Source: Candidatus Thorarchaeota archaeon (GTDB lineage: Archaea; Asgardarchaeota; Thorarchaeia; Thorarchaeales; Thorarchaeaceae). From it: 64,000 bases of DNA. Location of the stretch: positions 1 to 64,000 of the forward strand of contig JAWOEX010000039.1 in NCBI GenBank assembly GCA_046482545.1, in the 5' to 3' direction. The position numbers and the translations under genes were made by a program. The notes below the pieces were generated by a model that had not been told where the DNA came from, did no database searches, and was given only the letters and a program-made list of their open reading frames with translations. This document shows positions 10,148 to 20,282 of the stretch, piece by piece (within the stretch, counting starts at the first letter, position 1; each line of letters begins with the position of its first letter).

Positions 10148-10453
10148 CTGACCACCATTTACAAATTACTAGTAGTTTGAAGGTAAAAACCCTTACTAAA
10201 ATGCTCCTGAACATTTTGGATACCTCCATTGTGCTAGTGAAAAAGGTACATTCAATCTGATTTCTTTCTGCCATTCGGAAGTAGTAATAATTACCAGAAA
10301 AATGCATCATATCTCTTGGCCACTGTATGAGTGCTCGAAATGAATCGATGTCGTCATAGCGGCACTGTATAACCTGCACGATTCTCTAACTCGGTGTTCA
10401 TACTCCAACAATTTGTACAAACGTGCACATTCATCATATTTATGAGTTGAAAA

Positions 10454-10885
10454 ATGAAATATGTACCCGCTAGGTGGCCAAGAATGGTATTTGTAAGATT
10501 TGTGCTAATTGTCATGCTTGCTCTTTCAATCAGTAGCATGTTATCTGGATTTCTCATTGCAAGAAGAATGGGATATTACTTGATGAAACAGGTGATGATT
10601 CTGTTCGTAGGAACGATTGTAAGCATTATTGCTGCGGTTCTTGGCTACATTTTCCCCCCTAGTCCAGCCGGAATGTTTGACATTCTGCATTTGACAATAG
10701 CGCTGCATTTCGTTTTGTTCCTAGTAGGATTACTGATGCAGCTTACTCAAATAATGCCAGTTTTGCTGAAAACAATGCAAGGAGCACCAATTCATAGTTC
10801 ACACATTACCAATGTTATTTTGACGACATTTGTCTCTCTGGCGCTTTTGCTGACTTACGTGGACCTAGCTTCAATAACTATTTAG
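10454..10885 (+). CDS. Hypothetical 4-TM membrane protein
   Basis: Four hydrophobic segments; 12 nt upstream of the DsrE gene. Confidence 0.55.
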   Translation: MKYVPARWPRMVFVRFVLIVMLALSISSMLSGFLIARRMGYYLMKQVMILFVGTIVSIIAAVLGYIFPPSPAGMFDILHLTIALHFVLFLVGLLMQLTQIMPVLLKTMQGAPIHSSHITNVILTTFVSLALLLTYVDLASITI

Positions 10886-10897
10886 AAGGTGTAGAAT

Positions 10898-11260
10898 GTG
10901 GCTTCGATTTACATTGTTGGACAAAGTGGTCCTGAAGTGGCTGAAAGATGCTTTGCACCATTTATAACGGCTACAACTGCCCAAGCTCAAGATGTTAAAG
11001 TAAAGATATTCCTAATGATGGATGGAGTAGAGTTGGCCAAGAAAGGTGTTGCCGAGAAAGTGCAGGCGCCAGGTTTTCCCCCTCTACCGGAACTAATCAA
11101 TATGTTCCTCGAATCTGGAGGCGAACTGGAGCTCTGTTCCAATTCAGTTAAATTCAGAGATATCTCTAAGGATGATTTGATGGATGAAAGAATAACGATT
11201 GCAGGTGCAGCGACAATGGTTGATGACGTCCTCGTATTTGATAGGACTCTCTTCTTCTAG
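10898..11260 (+). CDS. DsrE/DsrF-like (sulfur relay/peroxiredoxin-like) protein
   Basis: IFLMMDGVELA, LELCSNS conserved Cys, IAGAAT; GAAGGTG RBS. Confidence 0.85.
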   Translation: MASIYIVGQSGPEVAERCFAPFITATTAQAQDVKVKIFLMMDGVELAKKGVAEKVQAPGFPPLPELINMFLESGGELELCSNSVKFRDISKDDLMDERITIAGAATMVDDVLVFDRTLFF

Positions 11261-11490
11261 CGATATCCAGGAGTCATCAACCGGAAAATAGTACAAAAAG
11301 GCCTCCTGTAATTTCGGCGCATATTGCTGTACTCACCCTGTGTGACCAATCTTGCTCTTCTTCTGTGTCTTGTCTTGATTCAATGTCAGCGCCGAATATA
11401 GGAATACATTAAAATGTTAGTTCCGGAATATATAAGCTCGATTTAATAACGGATATGCCTTTCATCCGAGAATCGTGGTGAAAATCAGAT

Positions 11491-11979
11491 ATGTCCAATG
11501 TACTGCTCGTAGACATGGAAAAATGTACGGGTTGCAAACAGTGTGCCTTGGCTTGTTCTTTAACCAAGGAAGATCTTTTCGACCCATTGCGCTCTAGGAT
11601 TAAAATCCTGAAACGAGAAAAAACAGCGATGGCAGTGCAATTGCTCTGTGAGCAATGTAGCGCTCATCCCTGCACCGATGCGTGTCCCGTGGATGCGCTC
11701 ACCAGAAATGAGACAACTGGCGTCATTACCGTTGATGCGGATGTATGTACGGGCTGTGGTGAATGTGCCAAGGTCTGCCCATATCATGCAATCAGATTAC
11801 ATCCGCAAACAGAAGTACCGCTCATATGCGACCTCTGCGGTGGCGATCCATACTGCGTACAACACTGCGTTCCAGAAGCCCTGATGTGGGTTGAGGAATC
11901 GGATGAGAGAATCAAGGAGAAGAGAAGGCTTCGAGCTACTAGAATGGCTGAATACAAGAATATCATGGAGGAGTCGTGA
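11491..11979 (+). CDS. 4Fe-4S dicluster electron-transfer subunit (AOR-associated)
   Basis: CTGCKQCALAC, CEQC..HPCTDACP, CTGCGECAKVCP, CDLCGGDPYCVQHC. Confidence 0.93.
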   Translation: MSNVLLVDMEKCTGCKQCALACSLTKEDLFDPLRSRIKILKREKTAMAVQLLCEQCSAHPCTDACPVDALTRNETTGVITVDADVCTGCGECAKVCPYHAIRLHPQTEVPLICDLCGGDPYCVQHCVPEALMWVEESDERIKEKRRLRATRMAEYKNIMEES

Positions 11980-11985
11980 TAACCA

Positions 11986-13911
11986 ATGTACGCACATCAA
12001 GGTTCTATACTACATGTCGATTTGACAGAAGACAAGATTTGGCAAGAGCCTCTGCCAGAAGATTGGCGGAAACTGTATATTGGCTCTAGAGGTATTAACG
12101 CAAGAATTCTATGGGATTATTGCAAGGAACCGGACATAACATGGGACGATCCTAGGAATGTATTAATCTACGCTCCTGGTGCGGTCACTGGAACAACTGC
12201 TCCAGCCTCCGGAAGGACTTCGGTCACAACCGTTGGCTGTACTACTGGTTTGTATTTGAAGAGTAACATGGGTGGCCACTGGGGAGCTGAGCTCAAATTT
12301 GCTGGCTATGATCACCTCGTTGTTCACGGTGAAGCTGACCATCCGTCATACATAGAAATCGAAGATGATCATGTTGAAATCCATGAGGACACTGAACTCT
12401 GGGGCAAAGACATTCTAGAGACGGATAGTTATCTCAAGAGAAGGCATGGAGAAGACTCAAAGGGGCTATACATTGGTCCCGCTGGAGAGAAGCTCGTTAG
12501 AGGTGCAGCCATCATGGGGTCTTGTTACCACGCTGCTGGAAGAGGTGGGGGAGCAGCTGTTATGGCGAAAAAGAATCTTAAAGCAATCAGTACGAAAGGA
12601 AGTAAACCTGTTCGTGTTGAAGATCCTCAGAGATTTGCAGAAGTAGCCAAGGAGATGAGAGAACTCCTCAAAGCAGATAGCGGTGCTCAGTCTTTGCATG
12701 AACACGGAACTGCTGGTTCAATGGCGGGAGTGAATGAGCTACATGCTCTTCCAGGGAAGAATTGGCAGACCGGTCACACAGAAAATGTCTATCCTATTAC
12801 AGGACAAGCAGTAACTGAGCAAGGATATCTCAAAAGACGGGTCGCGTGTTTTGGTTGTACAATCGGATGTCATCGATACACAGAGATAGACGAAGGACCA
12901 AAGGCAGGCATTGCTAGCGGAGGACCTGAATATGAGACTTTAGGTGCCCTAGGCAATGGTCCACAATTAGTTGATACAGAAGCAGTACTTGAACTGAATG
13001 AAATCTGTAATCGCTTGGGCCTTGACACAATAACCGCGGGCACAGCAGTGCAGTGGGCTATCGAGAGTTACGAACGAGGTGTTCTCACCAAGGAAGACAC
13101 AGGTGGTCTAGAACTCGGCTGGGGTAAGCTTGAAGAGACAGTGGAAGCTATCAAGAAGATGGCCAAAAGAGATGGCACTCTCGGAAACCTGATGGGAGAT
13201 GGCCTGAAAATTGCCACGGAACGAGTTGGACAGGAATCCTATAAATGGGCAATCATGAATTCCAAAGGTCTAGAACAATCCAATGTCGAAACAAGATCTG
13301 CTAAGGCCTATGCTCTGGCGTTTGCTGTGAATCCACGTGGCAATGATCACCTCATGACTGAGACGTTCGCCGAGTTCGGAGCCAGTCCTGAAGCGGTAGA
13401 AGTCATAGAGGAAGTCACGGGTAACAAGAAATATGCTACCCCTCATAGTACCGAAAAACGTGCCGAAATCGTTCGATGGCATGAAGATTGCTATGAGATT
13501 ACCGAAGCACTCGGCTTCTGCGTATTCACATCAACAGCAGCATATGGTGTTAATCCAGATAATATGGCCCGTCTGTACGAAGCAGCAACAGGAATTGAAA
13601 TGGACGAAGAGAGCCTGATGCGGACTGGAAGGCGTGTAGTGACGCTTGAGAAGGCGTTCAACGTCACTCGAGGAGCTACACGGAAACATGATGATTTGCC
13701 CTATCGGTTGATGCATGAGGGGGCTGCTTCTGGTCCACTCGAGGGTGAGATGAACAATCCAAAAGAGCTGTCCCAGATGCTCGATGAGTACTACACCCTT
13801 CACGAGTGGGATCTCAAGACAAGCTGGCCATATAGGAGCACCTATGAGAAACTACATCTCAAGGATGTAGCAGAATACTTGCATGCACTAGGGAGACTAC
13901 CGGAAGAGTAG
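11986..13911 (+). CDS. aor: Tungsten-dependent aldehyde:ferredoxin oxidoreductase family protein
   Basis: SNMGGHWGAELKFAGYD, AAGRGGGAAVM..KNLKAI, CFGCTIGC, GPEYET, CNRLGLDTI, GFCVF. Confidence 0.93.
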   Translation: MYAHQGSILHVDLTEDKIWQEPLPEDWRKLYIGSRGINARILWDYCKEPDITWDDPRNVLIYAPGAVTGTTAPASGRTSVTTVGCTTGLYLKSNMGGHWGAELKFAGYDHLVVHGEADHPSYIEIEDDHVEIHEDTELWGKDILETDSYLKRRHGEDSKGLYIGPAGEKLVRGAAIMGSCYHAAGRGGGAAVMAKKNLKAISTKGSKPVRVEDPQRFAEVAKEMRELLKADSGAQSLHEHGTAGSMAGVNELHALPGKNWQTGHTENVYPITGQAVTEQGYLKRRVACFGCTIGCHRYTEIDEGPKAGIASGGPEYETLGALGNGPQLVDTEAVLELNEICNRLGLDTITAGTAVQWAIESYERGVLTKEDTGGLELGWGKLEETVEAIKKMAKRDGTLGNLMGDGLKIATERVGQESYKWAIMNSKGLEQSNVETRSAKAYALAFAVNPRGNDHLMTETFAEFGASPEAVEVIEEVTGNKKYATPHSTEKRAEIVRWHEDCYEITEALGFCVFTSTAAYGVNPDNMARLYEAATGIEMDEESLMRTGRRVVTLEKAFNVTRGATRKHDDLPYRLMHEGAASGPLEGEMNNPKELSQMLDEYYTLHEWDLKTSWPYRSTYEKLHLKDVAEYLHALGRLPEE

Positions 13912-13931
13912 AGGGAGATCCCTCCTCTTCC
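13902..13931 (+). terminator. Stem-loop at AOR 3' end
   Basis: ggaagag-ta-gaggga / tccctc-ctcttcc inverted repeat with a T-rich tract shortly downstream. Confidence 0.4.
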
Positions 13932-14001
13932 ATACTCATCTTTTGGTTCGAATCGTCAAGAGCAGGATTTTGATAATGATACACAAAGGAGATATTGAAA
14001 C

Positions 14002-15009
14002 ATGGAAGGATTCAAGGAATTCGGAGTAGCTATGACAGGAGTATTCCCAGTTGGAGAAGCTGTTGATATGGCTCAACAGGCGGAGAAACTGGGGCTGGGT
14101 TCAGTGTGGTTCGCAGAGGATTATTTCTTTCGGGGTGGTATTCCCTATATGTCTGCGGCCGCAATGGCCACAGAGAGAATAAGAATTGGCCTTGGTGTGG
14201 TTAATCCCTTTTCACGGCACCCTGCGCTCATCGCAATGGAATTTGCTACTCTGGATGAAATGTCGAACGAGCGAACCGTGTTTGGTCTTGGTTCTGGTGT
14301 TCCATTTTGGATGAAACAAATGGGATACGATTTCAAGAAACCACTGACACGGACACGTGAATGCGTAGATTTGATTCGGAAAATCTTAACGGGCAAGAAA
14401 ATAAATCATGAAGGGGAATTCTTTGAAGCTAACGATATCCAGTTGGTTTTCGAGCCGGTTCGCATTGACCCTCCAATATTCCTAGCTTTTGAAGGAAAGA
14501 TGGGATTGAAACTCTCCGGCGAAATTGGAGACGGTGTGATACTCTCCATCTTTAATACACCCGACTATATCGAATACGCATGGAAGAGAATTGAGAAAGG
14601 TGCAAGGAAAGCTGGAAAGAGCTTGGACGACTATGAAATGGTTTCATATCTGCCAATGGTAATCGAAGATGATTTGGATCAGGCCATAGAAACCGCAAGG
14701 CAATTCATGAAGATGTACCTTCCCCACTCAGCAGCAGGCGGACCTTTGATGACCCACGCCGGAATAAGTGCTAACCAAACCAAGGAATTCCAGAAAGCAG
14801 CTGAAAATGGCGAAGATGTTGCGGAACTGATCACCGACGATATGGTCAAGCGATTGGGAATCGTTGGCGGTATTGAATCAAGCATAAAGCAGCTTCAAGC
14901 TATTATCGACGCGGGCGCCAACACACCAGTGCTCTTCCCTGTGCCTGGTACAGATGTAATTGACACTACAAGAACTATCTCAGAAGAAATCATTCCACAT
15001 CTTGAGTGA
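14002..15009 (+). CDS. LLM-class (Mer-like, probably F420-dependent) oxidoreductase
   Basis: AEKLGLGSVWFAEDY, TERIRIGLGVVNPFSRHPA, GLGSG, GEIGDG. Confidence 0.88.
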   Translation: MEGFKEFGVAMTGVFPVGEAVDMAQQAEKLGLGSVWFAEDYFFRGGIPYMSAAAMATERIRIGLGVVNPFSRHPALIAMEFATLDEMSNERTVFGLGSGVPFWMKQMGYDFKKPLTRTRECVDLIRKILTGKKINHEGEFFEANDIQLVFEPVRIDPPIFLAFEGKMGLKLSGEIGDGVILSIFNTPDYIEYAWKRIEKGARKAGKSLDDYEMVSYLPMVIEDDLDQAIETARQFMKMYLPHSAAGGPLMTHAGISANQTKEFQKAAENGEDVAELITDDMVKRLGIVGGIESSIKQLQAIIDAGANTPVLFPVPGTDVIDTTRTISEEIIPHLE

Positions 15010-15048
15010 TGAATACCTAGAGAGATTCATCGGTAGGCAAGTGAGACT

Positions 15049-16260
15049 ATGAAAGGTGACATGCTATCAGATTCAGACAAACGTCAGATTAGAATAGTGG
15101 GATATATACTAACATTCATGGCAACGTTCTCTCTGGGAGTCACAGAGATTTTTGCTCCGTGGTATGCAGGAGTGCTAGGGGCAACTCAGTTCGAAATCGG
15201 ATGGGCTATGGGTTCTTTCGGTATAGTTTACATGTTTTCCCCAATTATAGGCGGAAAATTTTCAGACCGCATTGGGCGACAAAAATCGCTTGTTGGAGCG
15301 ATGCTTTCCTATGTAGCGATCCTAGCCATATACCCACTGCCCTTCATCATCCCGCTACATCTGATTTTGATTAGAGCACTTGAGGGTTTCTTCTTCGGGC
15401 TATTCTATCCCACAATTGAAGCAATGGTTTCAGAGCTTGCACCGGAGTCTCAGGGTGCTGTTTTAGGTAACTTCTCCACCGCATGGAGCGCTGGCATGAT
15501 TATGAGCCCGTTTGTAATTGCATACATGGCTGTCAATTATGGAAATGTAACCAGTATCTATGTGGTTATTGCAGTGGAGTTGATTGCACTTGCACTTGTT
15601 GGCACTACCGTACGGGATTACGTTTTGGATGAAGCTCTGAGTGAAGAAGAAAGGGAACAACTTGCAGTTATAGCGGACGAAGATATCCCCGGAGACGTAC
15701 GCACAAGCCGTCGATTCATAGGAGCAAGTCTAGCGCTGATGCTATTTGGATTCGTCTCTACAGTGTTAATCGGTCTTTTTCCAACATATGTAGAATGGCT
15801 TCCGGGATTCACTACTGAGGACTTCGGTAATCTTCTTCTAGTGTGGAATACTACAAGGACAATAGGATTTCTTCTGTGCACCAGACTTCCGCATAAAGAG
15901 ATGGGAAGTGTGATGTTGCTCGGGACGCTCTTCCTGACTATTGGTATGGCCATTTTGACTTTCTATGTTGATTTCATGCTCTTCGCTGTAGCCATGATCC
16001 TAAGTGGAATAGGAGTTGGATTCAGCTATCTTGGAGGCCTTTACACGGTTGTATCTGCCACTAAAAGCGAAAAGGGCTCCTTCGCTGGAATCGGTGAGAG
16101 CTTAGCAGGAATAGGGTTCTTCATAGGTCCAATTGTAAGCGGGTGGTTCGCTGATTTCAATATGTCTTGGCCCTATCTCGTCTGCATGATTGTTGCAGTA
16201 GCCGTCCTCATTCTCAACATACCGCTACTCAGAGACTACAAGAAGACTCACAAAGAATAA
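15049..16260 (+). CDS. MFS transporter
   Basis: About 12 TM helices; motif A GKFSDRIGRQ. Confidence 0.92.
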   Translation: MKGDMLSDSDKRQIRIVGYILTFMATFSLGVTEIFAPWYAGVLGATQFEIGWAMGSFGIVYMFSPIIGGKFSDRIGRQKSLVGAMLSYVAILAIYPLPFIIPLHLILIRALEGFFFGLFYPTIEAMVSELAPESQGAVLGNFSTAWSAGMIMSPFVIAYMAVNYGNVTSIYVVIAVELIALALVGTTVRDYVLDEALSEEEREQLAVIADEDIPGDVRTSRRFIGASLALMLFGFVSTVLIGLFPTYVEWLPGFTTEDFGNLLLVWNTTRTIGFLLCTRLPHKEMGSVMLLGTLFLTIGMAILTFYVDFMLFAVAMILSGIGVGFSYLGGLYTVVSATKSEKGSFAGIGESLAGIGFFIGPIVSGWFADFNMSWPYLVCMIVAVAVLILNIPLLRDYKKTHKE

Positions 16261-16264
16261 CCCT

Positions 16265-17026
16265 CTATTCACGGAGGATATCATCAAAAGATTCCTTGAG
16301 ACAGGGGGCCTCAACAATAGGTTTTCTTGGCGGAGTTGGATATGCGACTTTGCTATGTGACAGATTCGACTCAATCAGCATAACTACTGTGCCTATCCCA
16401 ATTACAAGGGGATCAATCACAGGGACATTAGTGGCCGTCATTATCCGCTCCAAATCAACTTCATGCGACAGAGCTGTGCAACCAAGCACTATAACATCCG
16501 CTCCCTCACTAATAAGCAACTTGGAAGATTCAATCAAGTCGTCTTCAGCTTCTCTTTGTTTCTGAGCTATCTGAAGCACAGGCACTTCAATCGCTCTGGA
16601 ATCAACGAAGAATGCATCCAATCCTTCACTCCTAACCTTGGACTCCATACACTTCGCCAAAGAAGCTCCTTCAACGGTAATAATACCGAATTTTCGTCCC
16701 AATGCAAGGGCCAAGTGAAGGGATGCCTGCATTGGACCCACAACAGGAACACTGGTTACTTCTCTAGCTGCACCAAGTACAGGGTCACATGCGCAGTCCA
16801 GCACCATGCCATCAAATCCTTGGCTGCTGGCAGCCACTACTTGCTCGAGTATAAACGGAGAATTGTATGCTTCGTCCGCATGCGATTCTACACTGTGGGT
16901 ACCGTAATTGCAGAAGAAATTGGCGATTTCATAACCTTCAGGAGCAAGTGCTTGCACAAACCGCTGTTTCTTGTCAGATTTCCACCAGTTAATTCCGGTA
17001 ACACCTATCAGTGCAATTCTTTTCAT
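16265..17026 (-). CDS. Asp/Glu/hydantoin racemase family (allantoin/hydantoin racemase-like)
   Basis: VLDCACDPVLGAARE and IVLGCTAL two-Cys motifs; VPVIDP, LSHSKVAYP. Confidence 0.88.
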   Translation of the reverse strand: MKRIALIGVTGINWWKSDKKQRFVQALAPEGYEIANFFCNYGTHSVESHADEAYNSPFILEQVVAASSQGFDGMVLDCACDPVLGAAREVTSVPVVGPMQASLHLALALGRKFGIITVEGASLAKCMESKVRSEGLDAFFVDSRAIEVPVLQIAQKQREAEDDLIESSKLLISEGADVIVLGCTALSHEVDLERIMTATNVPVIDPLVIGIGTVVMLIESNLSHSKVAYPTPPRKPIVEAPCLKESFDDILRE

Positions 17027-17077
17027 ATCTAATCGAAGCCTCCACTTCTTGAGTGGTGGATACTTCGTGTTTTATTT

Positions 17078-18196
17078 CTAGTGGAGGTTCTTGAGCAGGT
17101 TCTCCATCGGTTCATATTCAAACTCTGGATGACCATAACGCGAGGGGCTGAATGCTTTCTTCCCAATCTCAGTATTGGCCGCATAACGCAACCTTTCATG
17201 GGCGGGGATTGCAGTTACGACCAACTCCATACCTTCCTCAAGATCGGACGACATTATTCCATGACCCGTATCCGGATAATGAAGACATATCAGGTCGGGA
17301 AACATCACCACAGGATCGTCACTACATGTAGCCATCATGTATTCGTTCTTTACTACGATTTGAAGATCGCCTTCAAGGTCATCTGCTTCAAGGTCAACTA
17401 CGACGTGCCAGTGGCCAGCTCTGTCTTCACTTTGAACATTCTCTATGGTAGCGTGAGCAAGGTACTTCCCATCCATAACGTCCAGATAAGCATCAATGGG
17501 GTTCTCACCGTTTTCATTTGCATCTCTTACAGCTTCGCCCAACGCAATTGACTTGCTAATGCTATTTGGAATCACAGCTTCCTTTAGCTGTTTGCCCGAC
17601 TGAAAATAGTGATTGTTCGCTCCGGCTCCGCCATCTTCAACCACCGTGAAGCGACCAATCTCGTCTGCCAGTGCAGGACTGCTAGTTTTGTCAACTATTA
17701 TCCTGCTACCATTCTTACTCACAACGGGCATAGGACAGAGGTCAATACCATATCCCACAAACGATATCATTTGGGTCTCCGGAGCTGACCTTCCTAAGCC
17801 ATCACCATCAACACTTGTGATTCCTGCACGAGCTGCAAGGGAGAGCATCACGGTTGTATTCGTACCGCCAAGCTCGAAGGGAACCAGATGATTGACTTTC
17901 TTTCCGGTGATTTGCTCTGACATTCTCATAGCTTCATGGAGCTCGTATCGTTCTTCCCAAGTCTCAAGCATATCACCTATGGATTTGAATGCAGTAACAG
18001 AACCCATGTATCCACCGCATACTATGAAAGCGTCGTCATCAATATGCGTTGGGTCAGTGAGTTCATAGACTCTATCACGGTCGTAATCCCAATCAACCAT
18101 TGGTTTGCCGAAGCCTACGGGATCACCTCCGCCCCCAGTTCCAAGAATTCCTACACCAGTCAGCATGTCATAGGCATTTTGTCGTGATAATTCCAT
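17078..18196 (-). CDS. DUF917 family protein (thiohydantoin desulfhydrase-like)
   Basis: LGTGGGGDP, PFELGGTN, VDGDGLGRSAPE, KNEY, FPDLI. Confidence 0.88.
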   Translation of the reverse strand: MELSRQNAYDMLTGVGILGTGGGGDPVGFGKPMVDWDYDRDRVYELTDPTHIDDDAFIVCGGYMGSVTAFKSIGDMLETWEERYELHEAMRMSEQITGKKVNHLVPFELGGTNTTVMLSLAARAGITSVDGDGLGRSAPETQMISFVGYGIDLCPMPVVSKNGSRIIVDKTSSPALADEIGRFTVVEDGGAGANNHYFQSGKQLKEAVIPNSISKSIALGEAVRDANENGENPIDAYLDVMDGKYLAHATIENVQSEDRAGHWHVVVDLEADDLEGDLQIVVKNEYMMATCSDDPVVMFPDLICLHYPDTGHGIMSSDLEEGMELVVTAIPAHERLRYAANTEIGKKAFSPSRYGHPEFEYEPMENLLKNLH

Positions 18197-18235
18197 GTTT
18201 AGACAGTCTCCTCACTAGGTGTTATGATGTATTTT

Positions 18236-19051
18236 CTAGTCGGCCTTTCGCTCCCCGTCCATGGCGTGTACATGCTTGTACCATCGCTTCTTTGTCCCGA
18301 TTTTAGCTCTCAATTTCCAACCTATTGACTTGGGTTTATCTTCTATAAGTTTCCGCAGTTTCTCAGCACGACTAATCACTAACTCAGCTTGATTCTTATC
18401 AATCTCTTCGACGGTTGCCACAAATCTCTTGAATTTCTCGATATTCTGAGTCACCGTATAGTAGAAACCCCAATCTCCAGAAAGCCTCTCGGCTATCAAC
18501 CGGCCGTTTATCATTGAATCATCGAAATCCTCGCTAACATCATGCGCCAAGAACAATACAACCAAATCCTTGAGATCCTTTGCATTAATCTGTACAATCT
18601 GTGTCTTCTCGAGAAACAGCTCAGCAAGTGGAATCGTCGGCTTATCTACTGATAATCTATCATCATCCTTGAAGTCAATCTTATGACAGAAGTCCAAATG
18701 ATCGTAGAAGACGTCTACCTTTCGCTTCCTTTCTTTGTCAATGAACAAGTCTCGCAATGTTGAAGCTCGAGCAAATCCAGCAGAAACCCACTTGTATCCA
18801 AGCTCATCACGAAACAAATCAATTGCATCACGCTGATATTTATAATAGCTAACGTAGTCAATATCGGTGACTTCTCTTCCCATTGCCATGTGTAAGTCCA
18901 CATAGTCTGGACATTGAATTCGAAAAGCCAGGCAGCCAATAATGCGAAGGGGTATTCCGTTTTCCGAACCAGCTTGTTCAATTCGTAGCGCTTCTTCTAA
19001 GAAATCATCCTCTATGGAGCCATATTTATCGGACATCTGAAGCTCTCCCAT
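18236..19051 (-). CDS. Putative nucleotidyltransferase-fold protein
   Basis: IIGCLAF...VTDIDY (G..A, DxD), KVDVF, LFLEKTQIVQINAKDLKD. Confidence 0.65.
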   Translation of the reverse strand: MGELQMSDKYGSIEDDFLEEALRIEQAGSENGIPLRIIGCLAFRIQCPDYVDLHMAMGREVTDIDYVSYYKYQRDAIDLFRDELGYKWVSAGFARASTLRDLFIDKERKRKVDVFYDHLDFCHKIDFKDDDRLSVDKPTIPLAELFLEKTQIVQINAKDLKDLVVLFLAHDVSEDFDDSMINGRLIAERLSGDWGFYYTVTQNIEKFKRFVATVEEIDKNQAELVISRAEKLRKLIEDKPKSIGWKLRAKIGTKKRWYKHVHAMDGERKAD

Positions 19052-19176
19052 ATCATGGTTTACCAGTAAAGCTTTATGTGACTTTAATATGTTTTTACTC
19101 CTGCGCCCGCTATAAGTTAAGCTTTAAATCTTCAGTGAGATGTTACAAGATTAATATTCGAGAGGGAAGACAAAAG

Positions 19177-20112
19177 ATGAGAATTTTCCACGCCTGCGAC
19201 CCACACGGTTCACAAGGTACTTGGGAGAAGATGTGTCGTGCTCCTAAGGCCTTTAAAGTTGATGTCGCGATGATGTGCGGAGACCTTACCGGGAAGGCGA
19301 TAATGCCAATCATCAAAGAAGGTGAAAACCGTTGGTATGCAAAGCCTTACGGCGGTAAGAAAACATTCAAGAAAGAGAAGGATCTCAACCGTTTTATTGA
19401 GTACAACAAAACGCAGGGCTTCTATCCAAAGATATTTACCCCTGATGAGCTAGAGGCTATTCGCAACGAAAAAGGTGCGATTCGCGAGCTTTTCCAAGAG
19501 CTCATGACAGAAAGGCTACAAGAATGGCTTGAAATGGCTACAGAGAAGATTCCCGAGGACGTCGATATCATTGTTAATCCGGGAAATGACGATGATTGGG
19601 TCATAGACGATATCATCAAGGAACATGATAGGATAATTTACCCGCTCAAGAAAGTTGTAGACGTACATGGCTATCCTCTGATCAGCTTAGAATGGGTTAA
19701 TTGGACGCCATGGGATACCCACCGGGAATGTAGCGAGGAGGAAATGTGGGAGAAGCTGGAAGAGGAATTCGGCAGGGTCGATGATTATGATAACTTGCTC
19801 TGCAACTTCCACGATCCACCTTTCGATTCAGGATTGGATACGGCACCTAAGCTAGAAGATGATCATGCAATCTCTAAAGCAGGAGGAACGACTCTCCACG
19901 CTCCGGTCGGTAGCAAGTCAGTCAGGAAAGCGATAGAGGAATATCAGCCTCTTCTGGGTATGCATGGACATATCCACGAATCAGTTGGATTCACTAGGAT
20001 TGGACGCACATTCTGTTTAAACCCAGGCTCCGAATATCGTGAGGGCATTCTGAAAGGCTTTGTCATAACTGTCGAAGACGGGGAAGTTAGAGCCGGAAGA
20101 GTGGAGTTGTAA
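19177..20112 (+). CDS. Metallophosphoesterase (calcineurin-like, Icc-related)
   Basis: DPHGS, GDLTGK, PGNDD, HGHIHES, NPGSEY; start moved to ATG 19177. Confidence 0.88.
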   Translation: MRIFHACDPHGSQGTWEKMCRAPKAFKVDVAMMCGDLTGKAIMPIIKEGENRWYAKPYGGKKTFKKEKDLNRFIEYNKTQGFYPKIFTPDELEAIRNEKGAIRELFQELMTERLQEWLEMATEKIPEDVDIIVNPGNDDDWVIDDIIKEHDRIIYPLKKVVDVHGYPLISLEWVNWTPWDTHRECSEEEMWEKLEEEFGRVDDYDNLLCNFHDPPFDSGLDTAPKLEDDHAISKAGGTTLHAPVGSKSVRKAIEEYQPLLGMHGHIHESVGFTRIGRTFCLNPGSEYREGILKGFVITVEDGEVRAGRVEL

Positions 20113-20133
20113 TTCAGCCTCATGGATACGAAC

Positions 20134-20155
20134 GGTGGAGCATGGCTTCTCCACC
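20134..20155 (+). terminator. Stem-loop terminator candidate
   Basis: ggtggag/ctccacc stem followed by tctttcacttttctt. Confidence 0.5.
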
Positions 20156-20282
20156 TCTTTCACTTTTCTTATTGATATCCAGCTATTCAAAATAGTGGGT
20201 TTAATATCCTTTGGCAATGCCTTCGGAAATTAAAAATATATTAACAAGGATGGCACTCCTTAGAAAGGAGGAAAGCTGTACA

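Noticed and set aside
11261-11490. Moco/tungsten-cofactor riboswitch upstream of the AOR operon
   Set aside because: Only an imperfect inverted repeat, apparently upstream of the likely TATA box; no recognisable consensus.
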